Shown one piece after another: positions 12,051 through 23,195 of a DNA stretch of 64,000 bases. The DNA is taken from positions 101,432,001-101,496,000 of the forward strand of contig NC_043004.1 of NCBI RefSeq assembly GCF_006345805.1, in the 5' to 3' direction. Made by a program: the position numbers and the translations under genes. This DNA is from Octopus sinensis (taxonomy: Eukaryota). Every line of letters begins with the position of its first letter. Positions within the stretch are counted from its first letter, which is position 1. Under the pieces are notes generated by a model. The model made no database searches and was not told where the DNA came from. It worked only from the letters and a program-made list of their open reading frames with translations.

Positions 12051-12529
12051 TTGTGATGTTTTTCGGCAATCTCATTCAAACACAAAACATTTAGATTTTC
12101 TGTTTGGGAAAGAGAGAACCATGTGTTTATTAAAACATCAATTTCGTTATCAGACCAATTTCGTCTGTTGCAGGCCTGCAAGTTAGTCATGTTTGTTTTT
12201 CTTTTGTTTGTTTTCCTTTTGATTTTTGAAAATATATATTCTTTCTTGGGAGTTAAAGAAGTGTATATATATATAAATGTTCTCTCTTAAGGGTGTGAGT
12301 TTTTGATTATTTGGTTGTTTGAGGATTTAAAAGAAAAACAGGTGTATATAACAATTTGTAGTTAATGAAAACGTACTTACGGGTTTGTAGGCAAACACGT
12401 GGTTACAAATATATATATATTTAAGGTCAGTTAGGTTTTGAAGCTGTGTAGCTTGCTACTGACTTGGGAGAGAAACAAATAGACGTCCGTCCACTTCAAC
12501 AGTTAATCCAATATATGTATATATATATA

Positions 12530-12570
<41 letters not shown>

Positions 12571-13426
12571 TAAGAAGTTTGTTTGGTAAAGCACGTGGTG
12601 AATATATAAGAAAATAGTAAAGTGTGAAAAAACGACAGAAGGCTTAAATGTTAAAAAATATATATATTTGTGTCAAAACCCATTTTACCAATGTGCTTTC
12701 GGATCATCAACACAAATGAGACTGAACAAGGAAACATTCTTCATTGAAAAGTACAAACCCAGACTCAACCATCCGAACATACTGACACAGAGAAATTAAC
12801 AAGGAAAAGGGAAAAAAAATTTTTAAGCGATTATCTCCCCTACACCGGAAAAAATCACTCACTACCTCCCCTTATTTAGAAATCTCCTGGAAATAAAAAC
12901 AACGATAATTCCATGCAATATAAACATAACGTCACAAGAAATTTGAAAAGCTACACGCGAAACCGGTAATTTCTTTAAAAATTTTTTAAATTATGTCATT
13001 TTAAGGAAAGGAAAAAAAAAAAATTTTCCAATATTCTCCAGACATTTTGACACAAATATATATATATTTTAACATTTAAGCCTTCTGTCGTTTTTTCACA
13101 CTTTACTATTTTCTTATATATATATATATATATATATTGATTGATTGATTCTAGTTTCAGCTCACGAGCTGCGGCCATGCTGGGGCACCGCGAATTTGTG
13201 TTGCTACATGGTTGAATATATAGAAAATAGTAAAATGTGAAAAAACTACAGAAGGCTTAAAGGTTAAAAAATATATATATTTGCGTCAATATGTCTGAAG
13301 AATATTAAAATTTTTTTTTTCTCTTACAATGACATAATTTAGAAGAAAGACCGGTTTCGCGTTTAGCTTTTCAAATTTCTTGCGACGTTATGTTTATGTT
13401 GAATAGAGTTATCGTTATATTTATGT

Positions 13427-13969
13427 TCAAAAGAGTTCTAAATAAGGGGAGGTAATGAGTGATTTCTTCCGGTGTAAGGGAGATAATCGCTTAAAATTTT
13501 TTCCTTTCTCTTGGTGTGAATTTCTCTGTATCAGTATGTTGGCATGGTTAAGTCTGGGCTTGTACTTTTCAATGAAGAATGTTTCCTTGTTTAGTCTAAT
13601 TTGTGTTGATGATCCGATAGCACATTGGTAAAATGGAAAGATTAAAAATTGTGGTAGTAGTTGCTTTGCGCATTTCTCAATGTGCTCACTAAAAGGTATC
13701 ATTCTGTATTCTGGGAATGCAATCTGTTGTCGATGCAGTGTGCATCTACGTCTGAGTGATAGTCCCGTGGATCCCACGTAGTCTTGGTGGCAGCCCGAGC
13801 ATTTTATGACATAAATTATGTTTTCAGAGGCACAAGTAAAGTTAGATTTGATCTTGAATTTCTGTCCCTCTTTAAAGAGGAATTCTGATCCTTCTAGCAG
13901 GTTTGGACATGTTGCACAGTTCGATCTACCACATTTTTTAACTTTTGCATCCGTAATTTCAGAAAACAA
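13427..13969 (-). CDS. Penelope-like GIY-YIG endonuclease domain
   Basis: C..CP...F.C....IIYVIKCSGCHQDYVGST...RR...H...E.FFI.KY.P.LN pattern. Confidence 0.9.
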   Translation of the reverse strand: MFSEITDAKVKKCGRSNCATCPNLLEGSEFLFKEGQKFKIKSNFTCASENIIYVIKCSGCHQDYVGSTGLSLRRRCTLHRQQIAFPEYRMIPFSEHIEKCAKQLLPQFLIFPFYQCAIGSSTQIRLNKETFFIEKYKPRLNHANILIQRNSHQEKGKNFKRLSPLHRKKSLITSPYLELF

Positions 13970-13990
13970 TTTTGCCTTTGTGAGAATATT

Positions 13991-14690
13991 TTAAAGTGAT
14001 TTAGGTTGTTTGTAGCTTTTAATGATTTGGTGTATGTTTAGAATTTCCTTTAATTTGGGGTCCTTATGAAGTATTGGTAAATTCTGGGTGATGATGGTGA
14101 AGGCTTCTTTGTTTCTGGGGTTGTATGTAGATATGTAAGGAGGTATTTTCGGGGAAGGTGTGTTGTTGTGTTGAACTTTTCTTAAAGTTGCTATGTTGAT
14201 TTCTGTTGCACGTCTGATCCCATCCTCTATGAGTTGAGTTGGGTAATGTCTGTCAATTAGGGTGTTTTTGAGTTCTTGCAGTCTAAAGTTCCTGGTATTT
14301 TTTTCTGACACTATTGTGCATATCCTTCTTGCAAGGTTGAAGGGGATGTTTGTTTTAGTGTGTCTTGGGTGGCATGAATTAAAAAGAAGGTATTGTTTGG
14401 CGTCTGTGGCTTTGTAAAAAATGTCTGTTTCTATTTTAAGGTTAATTTTTTAAATTAGTATATCCAAGAACGGGAGCTCCTTTTGGTTGTATTCCATTGT
14501 GAACTGTATATTTGGGTTTATGCTGTTCAATAGGTTTTTAAATTTTAGGAGTTTATCTGTGTTTTCATTCCAGAGTATAAAACAATCGTCTAAGAATCGT
14601 TTCCAATTCTCATTTATGTATTGAGAAAGGGGGTTTCCAAAGATTGAAAAAGATTCCTGGGAAATGATTATGGTAAAAGCAAACCCAAAT
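13991..14690 (-). pseudogene. Penelope-like reverse transcriptase C-half and thumb, disrupted
   Basis: WKRFLDDCFILW, NSINPNIQFTME, LPFLDILI; downstream ELKNTLIDRHYP..LI; stops/frameshifts between ORFs. Confidence 0.85.
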
Positions 14691-17600
14691 AGCATACCCA
14701 AAGAGAAAACACATATAGCCAACCAAAATAGCATAGCCAAATAGCTAAGCCAAATAGCCAACACTAATAGGAAACCCAAATAGCTAACCCATATAGCCAA
14801 GCCAAATATCTAACCCAAATAGCCAACCCAAATAGCCAAGCCAAATAGCCAAGCCAAAAAGCAAACCCAAATAGCCAACCCAAATAGCAAACACAAATAG
14901 CCAACACTAATAGCAAACCCAAATAGCCAACCCAAAAAGCCAATCCAAATAGCCAACTCAAATAGCTAACACAAATAGCCAACCCAAATAACCTACCCAA
15001 AAAGCCTAGCCAAATAGCTAAACCAAATACCCAACACTAATAGCAATCCCAAATAGCCAACCCAAAAAGCCAAGCCAAATAGCTAACCCAAATAGCCAAC
15101 CCAAATAACCTACCCAAATAGCCTAGCCAAATAGCTAAGCCAAATAGCCAACACTAATAGCAAACCCAAATAGCCAACGCAAATAGTCAAGCTAAATAGC
15201 TAACCCAAATAGCCTTCCCAAATAGCCAACCCAAATAGCCTAGCCAAAAAGCCAAGCCAACTATCCAACCCATATAGGAAACCCAAATAGCCAACCCAAA
15301 TAGCATACCCAAATAGCAAACCCAAATAAGCAAACCAAATAGCCAAGCAAAATAGCCAACCAAAATAGCACACCCAAAGAGCCAACCAAAATAGCCAAGC
15401 CAAATAGCCAAGCCAAATATCTAACCCAAATAGCCAACCCAAATAGCCCACCCAAATAGCCAAGCCAAATAGCCAAGCCAAATTTCCTAGCCAAATATCT
15501 AATATTGGCTTTTATGGTTGGCTATTTGGTTTGCCTATTAGGTTGTCTATTAGGGTTGTCTATTTGGCTTGGCTATTTGGGTTGGCTGTTTCGGTTGGCT
15601 ATTTGGGTTTACTCTTTCGCTTAACAAAAAGCCATCCCAGAAAGCACACGCAAATAGCCAACCCAAATAGACAAGCCAAATAGTTAAGCGAAAGAGTAAA
15701 CCCAAATAGCCAACCGAAACAGCCAACCCAAATAGCCAACCCAAATAGCCAACACAAATAGCATACTCAAATAGCCAACCCAAAAAGCCAAGCTAAATAG
15801 CAAACCAAAATACCCAAGCCTAATAGGCAAGCCAAATAGCCAAGCCATATAGGCAAGCCAAATAGCCAAACCAAAAAGCAAACACAAATAGCCAACCCAA
15901 ATAACCAACCCAAATAGCCAAGCCAAATAGCAAACCAAAATAGCCAACAAAAACAGCAAACACAAATAGCCCACCCAAATAGACAAGCCAAATAGTTAAG
16001 CGAAAGAGTAAACCCAAATAGCCAACCGAAACAGCCAACCCAAATAGCCAAGCCAAATAGACAACCCTAATAGACAACCTAATAGGCAAACCAAATAGCC
16101 AACCATAAAAGCCAACCCAAATAGCAAACCCAAATAGCCAACCCAAATAGCCAACCCAAATAGCAAACACAAATAGCCAACACAAATAGCCTAGCCAAAT
16201 AGCTAAGCCAAATAACCAACACTAATAGCAAACCGAAATAGCCAACCCAAATAGCCAACCCAAAGAGCTAACCCAAATAGCCAACCAAAATAGGCAACCC
16301 AAATAGCCAGGCCAAATAGCCAAGCCGAATAGCGAGCAAAGATAGTATTCCCAAATAGCCAAGCCAAATAGCAAAGCAAACCAAAATAGACAACCTAAAT
16401 AGCATACCCAAATGGCAATCCCAAAAAATCAAACCAACTAGCCAAGCAAAATAGCCACCCCAAATAGCAAACCCAAATATCCAACCCGAAAAGCCAAGCC
16501 AAATAGCCAAGCCAAAAAGCAAGCCCAAATAGCCAACCCAAATTGCAAACACATATAGCCAACCCAAATAGCCTAGCCAAACAGCCAACCCAAAAAGCCA
16601 ATCCAAATAGCCAACTCAAATAGCTAACCCCAGTAGCCAATCCAAATAACCTACCCAAATATCCTAGCCAAATAGCTAAGCCAAATAGCCAACACTAATA
16701 GCAAACCCAAATAGCCAAGCCATATAGGCAAGCCAAATAGCCAACCCAAATAGCCAACCCAAATAGCCAACCAAATAGCCAACCCAATAGCCAAGCCAAA
16801 TAGCCAACCCAAATAGCAAACCCAAATAGCCACCCCAAATAGCAAACACAAATAGCAAACCCAATTAGCCAAACCAAATAGCCAACACTAATAGCAAACC
16901 GGATTAGCGAACCCAAATAGCAAACCCAAATACACAACCCAAATAGCCAAGCCAAACAGCCAACAAAGATAGTATTTCCAAATAGCCAAGCCAAATAGCA
17001 AAGCAAACCAAATAGCCAACCTAAATAGCCAACCTAATAGCAATCCTTAAAAAGCAAAACAAATAGCCAAGCAAAATAGCCAACACAAATAGCAAACCCA
17101 AATAGCCAACCCGAAAAGCCAAGCCAAATAGCCAAGCCAAAAAGCAAGCCCAAATAGCCAACCCAAATTGCAAACACATATAGCCAACCCAAATAGCCTA
17201 GCCAAACAGCCAACCCAAAAAGCCAATCCAAATAGCCAACTCAAATAGCTAACCCCAGTAGCCAATCCAAATAACCTACCCAAATATCCTAGCCAAATAG
17301 CTAAGCCAAATAGCCAACACTAATAGCAAACCCAAATAGCCAACCCAAATAGTCATGCCAAATAGCTAACCCCAAAAGCCAACCGAAATAGCCAACCCAA
17401 AGAGCCAACCTAAATAGCCAAGCCAACTATCCAACCCAAATAGGAAACACAAATAGCCTACCCAAATAGCAAACACAAATAGCAAACCCAATTAGCCAAA
17501 CCAAATAGCCAACACTAATAGCAAACCGGATTAGCGAACCCAAATAGCAAACCCAAATACACAACCCAAATAGCCAAGCCAAACAGCCAACAAAGATAGT

Positions 17601-17800
17601 ATTTCCAAATAGCCAAGCGATATAGCAAACCAAAATAGCCAACCTAAATAGCCAACCTAAATAGCAATCCTTAAAAAGCAAAACAAATAGCCAAGCAAAA
17701 TAGCCAACACAAATAGCAAACCCAAATAGCCAACCCGAAAAGCCAAGCCAAATAGCCAAGCCAAAAAGCAAACCCAAATAGCCAACCCAAATTGCAAACA
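14679..17800. repeat. Satellite array, ~10-11 bp core (CCAAATAGCCAA[C/G]), with higher-order structure
   Basis: Continuous tandem variants of CCCAAATAGCCAA/GCCAAATAGCCAA over ~3.1 kb; explains all LAIWVGYLGWLF ORFs. Confidence 0.95.
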
Positions 17801-17914
17801 AATTGGTGTTGATTTGTTCGACTAAAACCCTGCAAGACGGTGCTCCAGCATGGCTACAATCAAGTGACTGGAACAAGTAAAAGAATAAGAGAATACCCTT
17901 TTCTTTATTTATTT

Positions 17915-18122
17915 GTTTTTATTTGTTTCAGTCATTTGACTGCGGCCATGCTGGAGCACCGCCTTTAGTCGAGCAAATCGACCACAGGACTTATTCCTTG
18001 TAAGCCCAGTACACATTCTGTCGGTCTCTTTTGCCAAACCGCTAAGTTACGGGGGACGTAAACACACCAGCATCAGTTGTCCAAGTGATGTTTGGAGGAC
18101 AAACACAGACACACAAACATAT

Positions 18123-18179
<57 letters not shown>

Positions 18180-18350
18180 ACATATATACAACGGACTTAT
18201 TTCCGTTTCTGTCTACCAAATCCACTCACAAGGCTTTGGTCGGCCTGTTGCTATTGTGGAAGACACTTACCCAAGGTGCCCCGCAGTGGGACTGAAATCG
18301 GAACTATGTGGTTCGTAAGCAAGCTACTTACCACACAGCCACTCCTACGC
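17915..18350 (-). mobile_element. SINE family A, full length
   Basis: Family consensus on minus strand with internal (TA)n; a plus-strand tail fragment lies at 17808-17892. Confidence 0.9.
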
Positions 18351-18692
18351 TTAAAAAAAAAAGATAATAATAATAATAATAATAATAATAATTAATAAAT
18401 GAGAGCTTATGATGTACAATCCTCAGGTTCACTACAAATCGTTGAAAAGAGTAAAAAGGGGACAGAAGGCAGGAATTATCAAATAAAGCCACAAGTGACC
18501 AAGCCAGGATGGTGTTGCCTCCTTTGAATGTGAAGAATTTCAGAGAAACAGTTTTAAAAATATTTCTTGGTTATGTGTTGTGTGCAGGTTATGTTATGAC
18601 TGATAATCCTTATATTCTGTACTAGTCAAGATAGTTTATATCTCCTATCTAAGCAGCTGGCTATTTCATACAAATTGAACAAGTTATATTAC

Positions 18693-18740
18693 CTTTCTTC
18701 GCAACTGTGCGTGTTTCTGTTGAGAATTTGTTCTCAATTC
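18693..18740 (-). CDS. Candidate 48-nt coding exon (phase 1-1)
   Basis: ATCTATCAG| ... AAG|GTAATA boundaries; open frame IENKFSTETRTVAKK; no homolog recognised. Confidence 0.25.
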
Positions 18741-19080
18741 CTGATAGATGTTCCACACACACACACACACCAATGAAAAAGTTTTAATATAATGGAATTT
18801 CAGTTAATTTTGCTTTTGTAACAAAAGGAAAAAAATCAAGGTTTGCGTTGTTGCTTTCATCTTTTTTTTTTTAGGTAGCCTTACTGTTTAAATTTGTCAG
18901 AGATTTAAATATACTCAGCTATTCCTTCCATCTTCTGAGATCAATAAATTAAGTACCAGTCATGCACTGAAATTATTTTATTCAGCTCTTCTCCTATACA
19001 TGTTTCGAGCCTTGTTCCAGTGTGACAAATCAGTAGTTTATTAATGTCTCTTTGACAAAAAATCTCCAATCATTTAATTA

Positions 19081-19435
19081 GGAGTGGCTGTGTGGTAAGT
19101 AGCTTGCTTACGAAACACATGGTTCCGGGTTCAGTCTCACTGCGTGGCACCTTGGGCAAGTGTCTTCTACTATAGCCTCAGGCCGACCAAAGCCTTGTGA
19201 GTGGATTTGATTGACGGAAACTGAAAGAAGCCCGTTGTATATGTGTGTGTGTGTGTTTGTCTGTCTGTGTTTGTCCCAATGCTGGTGTGTTTACATCCGC
19301 GTAACTTAGCGTTTCGGCAAAAGAGACCGATAGAATAAGTACTAGGCTTACAAAGAATAAGTCCTGGGGTCGATTTGCTCAACTAAAGGTGGTGCTCCAG
19401 CATGGCCACAATCACATGACTGAAACGAGTAAAAG

Positions 19436-19438
<3 letters not shown>
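19081..19438 (+). mobile_element. SINE family A, full length
   Basis: Head GGAGTGGCTGTGTGGTAAGTAGC to tail GAAACGAGTAAAAGAG. Confidence 0.9.
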
Positions 19439-19471
<33 letters not shown>

Positions 19472-19473
19472 TA

Positions 19474-19686
19474 GGTAGTGAGCTGGCAGAGTTTTTAGCC
19501 CATTGGATGAAATGCTTAGCAGTATTTTGTCCGTCATTACGTCCTGAGTTCAAATTCCACTGAGGTGACTTCGCCTTTCATTCTTTTTTAGGTCGGTAAA
19601 ATAAGTACCAGAGGAGCACTAGAGTCAATGTAATCGACTTACCCACTACCACCAAAATTTCAGGCCTTGTGCCTATAGTAGAAAGG

Positions 19687-19690
<4 letters not shown>
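19474..19690 (+). mobile_element. SINE family C
   Basis: GAGCTGGCAGA head, TTCAAATTCC B-box-like, CCTTTCAT...GGTCGGTAAAATAAGTACC core, (ATT)n tail. Confidence 0.85.
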
Positions 19691-19724
<34 letters not shown>

Positions 19725-19725
<1 letters not shown>

Positions 19726-20237
19726 GAGTGAGATAACAGTGCATGCCATCAAAGTGATACTGGGGTAAAATATGCAAAGCCTAGTATGACCATCATGACT
19801 ACTTGTCTGATAAGGGTACACCAGGCACATACATCACAACCATATGTGTGCGACATGGTGATCTCATATTAAGATAAACAGTGCATGACCTTGCAGGTGG
19901 AGTCCAGTTAGAATTTTCTTCTGGTCGAGTAACCCATCCCACTCAAAAGGTCCCTGAATAAGGATTGTTTAAGGATGTTGAACAAACCACTCATGTTTCC
20001 AAGGGTGAATTATCCAAACTTCTAAGAATTCCTTTCAGCACACGGCTGTGATTCTCCCCCACTACTTCTGCTCCTGACCAGTGATGCACATATCGTCAGC
20101 CACTAAGGGACATGCTCAACTGGTTAAGGTCAAACAACAGACAAGCAAATCTGTGGTATTGAGCAGAATATTTGCTGTAGCCCATCTTTTATACCAAGAC
20201 AAAACAATGTACATGATAACACTTCCAATCAGTTAAA
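19725..20237 (-). mobile_element. Unclassified interspersed retro-repeat with (AAT)n tail
   Basis: Non-coding ~500 bp block ending in (AAT)n on the minus strand; class inferred only from tail. Confidence 0.4.
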
Positions 20238-20312
20238 GAAAGAAAGAAAGAAAGAAAGAACATCAATTCAACAAAAAATTTTTTTTTGATCATTATTATT
20301 AATCTGTCGGTC

Positions 20313-20530
20313 AAGGCGGCAAGCTGGCAGAATCGTTAGCACACTAGACGAAATACTTATTTCGCTCGTCGCTACGTTCTACGTTCTGAGTTCAAATTCC
20401 GCCGGGGTCGACTGTGCCTTTCATCCTTTCGGGGTCGATAAATTAAGTACCAGTTACGCACTGAGATCGAGGTAATCGACTGGTTCCCTCCTCCAAAATT
20501 TCCGGCCTCGTGCCTATAGTAGAAAGGTTT
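20313..20530 (+). mobile_element. SINE family C
   Basis: AAGGCGGCAAGCTGGCAGAATCGTTAGCAC...GGGGTCGATAAATTAAGTACC. Confidence 0.85.
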
Positions 20531-20695
20531 ATTAATTCTTCGGTCGAGAGCATGCATGTTTGTAGAAGTGACAAATAAGCCAGTGCACAGTTCTCTCCCT
20601 TTATACATAATTGTTATTTTACCATACAAAATTCGGAAGGAATGCCAGACACACACACGCACACGTCTGTGTGTTGAGGGATTAATAATTGAATG

Positions 20696-21086
20696 TGGAG
20701 GCGCAATGGCCCAGTGGTTAGGGCAGCGGACTCGCGGTCATAGGATCGCGGTTTCGATTCCTAGACTGGGCGTTGTGAGTGTTTATTGAGCGAAAACACC
20801 TAAAGCTCCACGCGGCTCCGGCAGGGGATGGTGGTGATCCCTGCTGTACTCTTTCACCACAACTTTCTCTCACTCTTACTTCCTGTTTCTGTTGTACCTG
20901 TATTTCAAGGGGCCGGCCTTGTCACTCTCTGTGTCACGCTGAATATCCCCGAGAACTACGTTAAGGGTGCACGTGTCTGTGGAGTGCTCAGCCACTTACA
21001 CGTTAATTTCACGAGCAGGCTGTTCCGTTGATTCGGATCAACCGGAACCCTCGTCGTCGTAACCGACGGAGTGATTCCATCCATCC
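20696..21086 (+). mobile_element. SINE family B, full length, tail variant i
   Basis: A box TGGCCCAGTGG, B box GGTTTCGATTCC; near-identical to 38453-38835. Confidence 0.9.
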
Positions 21087-21499
21087 ATAATAATTGAATA
21101 AAGAATACAAAGTCTATACTCTTCTCTGTCCTATATATTATAATACTTATCCTTTAATCCACACTTCAAAATGTAACTAATTTTCTTATGCTTGCATTCC
21201 TTCCGTGTTCAGAAAATTCCATAAGGCAGACTTTACGTCCGTCCCTCAACAAAGCACTAACCTACCAACAAGCAAACCTTTATGCTGTAGTTTGATCAAC
21301 TAGAAATAGCAGCCAAATTACATTCTACCGTCTTAAATTAAGATAAATGCAAATGAAAAGATGGATGGTTGGGTGAAGTGTGTATAATCACAGTTCTGCT
21401 TCAACAGGGCTAAGTATAAAGGAGTAGTTGTAGTAACAGTGACAAGGAAAACAAAACAATGATATACGTCCAGCACTCACATACATACATATATGTATA

Positions 21500-21592
<93 letters not shown>

Positions 21593-21596
<4 letters not shown>

Positions 21597-21806
21597 CAAT
21601 ATGTTACATTACTCGGTAGTCAAGATAAAACTCTGAGTTTCAGATGCCGAAGTGGAAATCCACAACACCATCTCTTCGGTTATCTGGCTATTTGAAAACG
21701 TTTTCAAATAGCCAGATAACCGAAGAGATGGTGTTGTGGATTTCCACTTCGGCATCTGAAACTCAGAGTTTTATCTTGACTACCGAGTAATGTAACATAT
21801 TGTATA
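21593..21806. repeat. Perfect 214-bp palindrome (no spacer)
   Basis: Centre between 21699/21700 (GAAAAC|GTTTTC); arms pair out to 21593/21806. Confidence 0.95.
21714..21776 (+). ncRNA. Hammerhead-like motif, U4C core variant (mirrored at 21623-21685)
   Basis: AGATAA-CCGAAGA-GATG...CATC-T-GAAA-CTCAGAG-TT-TTATCT; 6-bp stem I, palindromic stem III ACTCAGAGT. Confidence 0.55.
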
Positions 21807-21871
21807 GATAATTTCCTCTATTTACATAATATTGAGGTCTCTTTCTTTCTTTTGTTATCTTACCGTTTTAT

Positions 21872-21914
<43 letters not shown>

Positions 21915-21918
<4 letters not shown>

Positions 21919-22390
21919 ACAAAATGGGACAAGAACGCAAAACATCCGGAAAGTTAAGTGATACAAAAATGGGACAACAAAACATCCAGATAGACGATAC
22001 AAAGAAAAGAAGGACGGGGTCATTCGAAGTTTTCTTTCCTCAGTCGAGTTCCAGATTATCTTCACAATTTCGGCTGATTATACTTGAGATTACCCCAATC
22101 TGGCCAGCCCCAAGGAAAAACTAAGCTAAGAGCATTAGATTCCTTGGAAGGAAGCAGCGAATGTATACAAAAACAAGGATGGAAAAAAACGGAGAATGTT
22201 ATACAAATACAATAAAAATAATAACAGGACATAACAACAGGTGTCTTTCGACTAAGGATGAATTAAATTAAGCTGGAGTGTGTGGAAATGAAGCATTTAC
22301 GGCAGGGATACAAGATTTCACAAACACAGGGAGGAATATCGATGTTGCACGGACTTCATACCCACAGTGAAATTGCAGTGCCACTTTAGT
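21915..22390 (+). mobile_element. Body of the non-autonomous element associated with the 21.6 kb palindrome
   Basis: Also present at 22965-23195 (+) and 45420-45745 (-). Confidence 0.7.
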
Positions 22391-23195
22391 ATGCAGCCTA
22401 CCTGGCCCAGTGTGGCTAGATGGTTAAGAATTTTGCTTTCCAGCCATGAAATTCTTGGTTCAATCCTACAGGTTGAAACCTCTGGCAAATGTGCCTTCTA
22501 CCTAATTAGCTCAGGTTTTCAGTACCTTGTAAGCGTAATTTGGTGGCTGTAAAATTTAGTATCTCATCATGTGTATACACACACACTTACACACACACAA
22601 CACACACACACACACACACACGCATGCACACACGCACACACACACACACACACATATATATTTTATCAGTGCTCTTTGAATGAAGTCCTTTTGATATTTT
22701 CCAGCACTGAATTATAGATATTTCCTTTGTCAGTATTGCAATCAGAAACGTAGCAAAAGATTGATCTGTTGGACACATGTAACCAATGCCAATATTGTAC
22801 TGAGTCATCACATAAATAATATAGTTTTTTTCAGTTGCATGAACTAAAAGTCAAAGGGGAATGGGATAAGCTACTTACATCAACTTGCTATAAAAGCCAG
22901 TAATAATTTTACTTTGTACTTATTCTTAGTGCAAGTTTTGATGAGTGCAGTTCCGTTTTAACAGCAGGGATACAAAACATCCGAAAAATTAAGTGATACA
23001 AAAATGGGACAACAAAACATCCAGATAGACGATACAAAGAAAAGAAGGACGGGTCATTCGAAGTTTTCTTTCCTCAGTCGAGTTCCAGATTATCTTCACA
23101 ATTTCGGCTGATTATACTTGAAATTGCTCCAATCTGGCCAGCTCCAAGGAAAAACTAAGCTAAGAGAATTAGATTCCTTGGAAGAAAGCAGCTAT

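Larger units (their letters stand above)
10120..12510 (-). mobile_element. CR1/L2-group LINE, 5' half only (5'UTR, ORF1, endonuclease)
   Basis: Contains the ORF1 and APE reading frames listed separately; no RT follows before the SINE at 10118. Confidence 0.8.
12570..14690 (-). mobile_element. Penelope-like retroelement (3' part) with inverted pLTR copies
   Basis: RT and GIY-YIG reading frames; 12680-13120 is an inverted copy of 13215-13637; 12598-12678 repeats the terminus. Confidence 0.9.

Noticed and set aside
14764-17876. Dozens of ORFs reading LAIWVGYLGWLF, superficially membrane proteins
   Set aside because: Translations of the satellite in several frames; no unique coding content.
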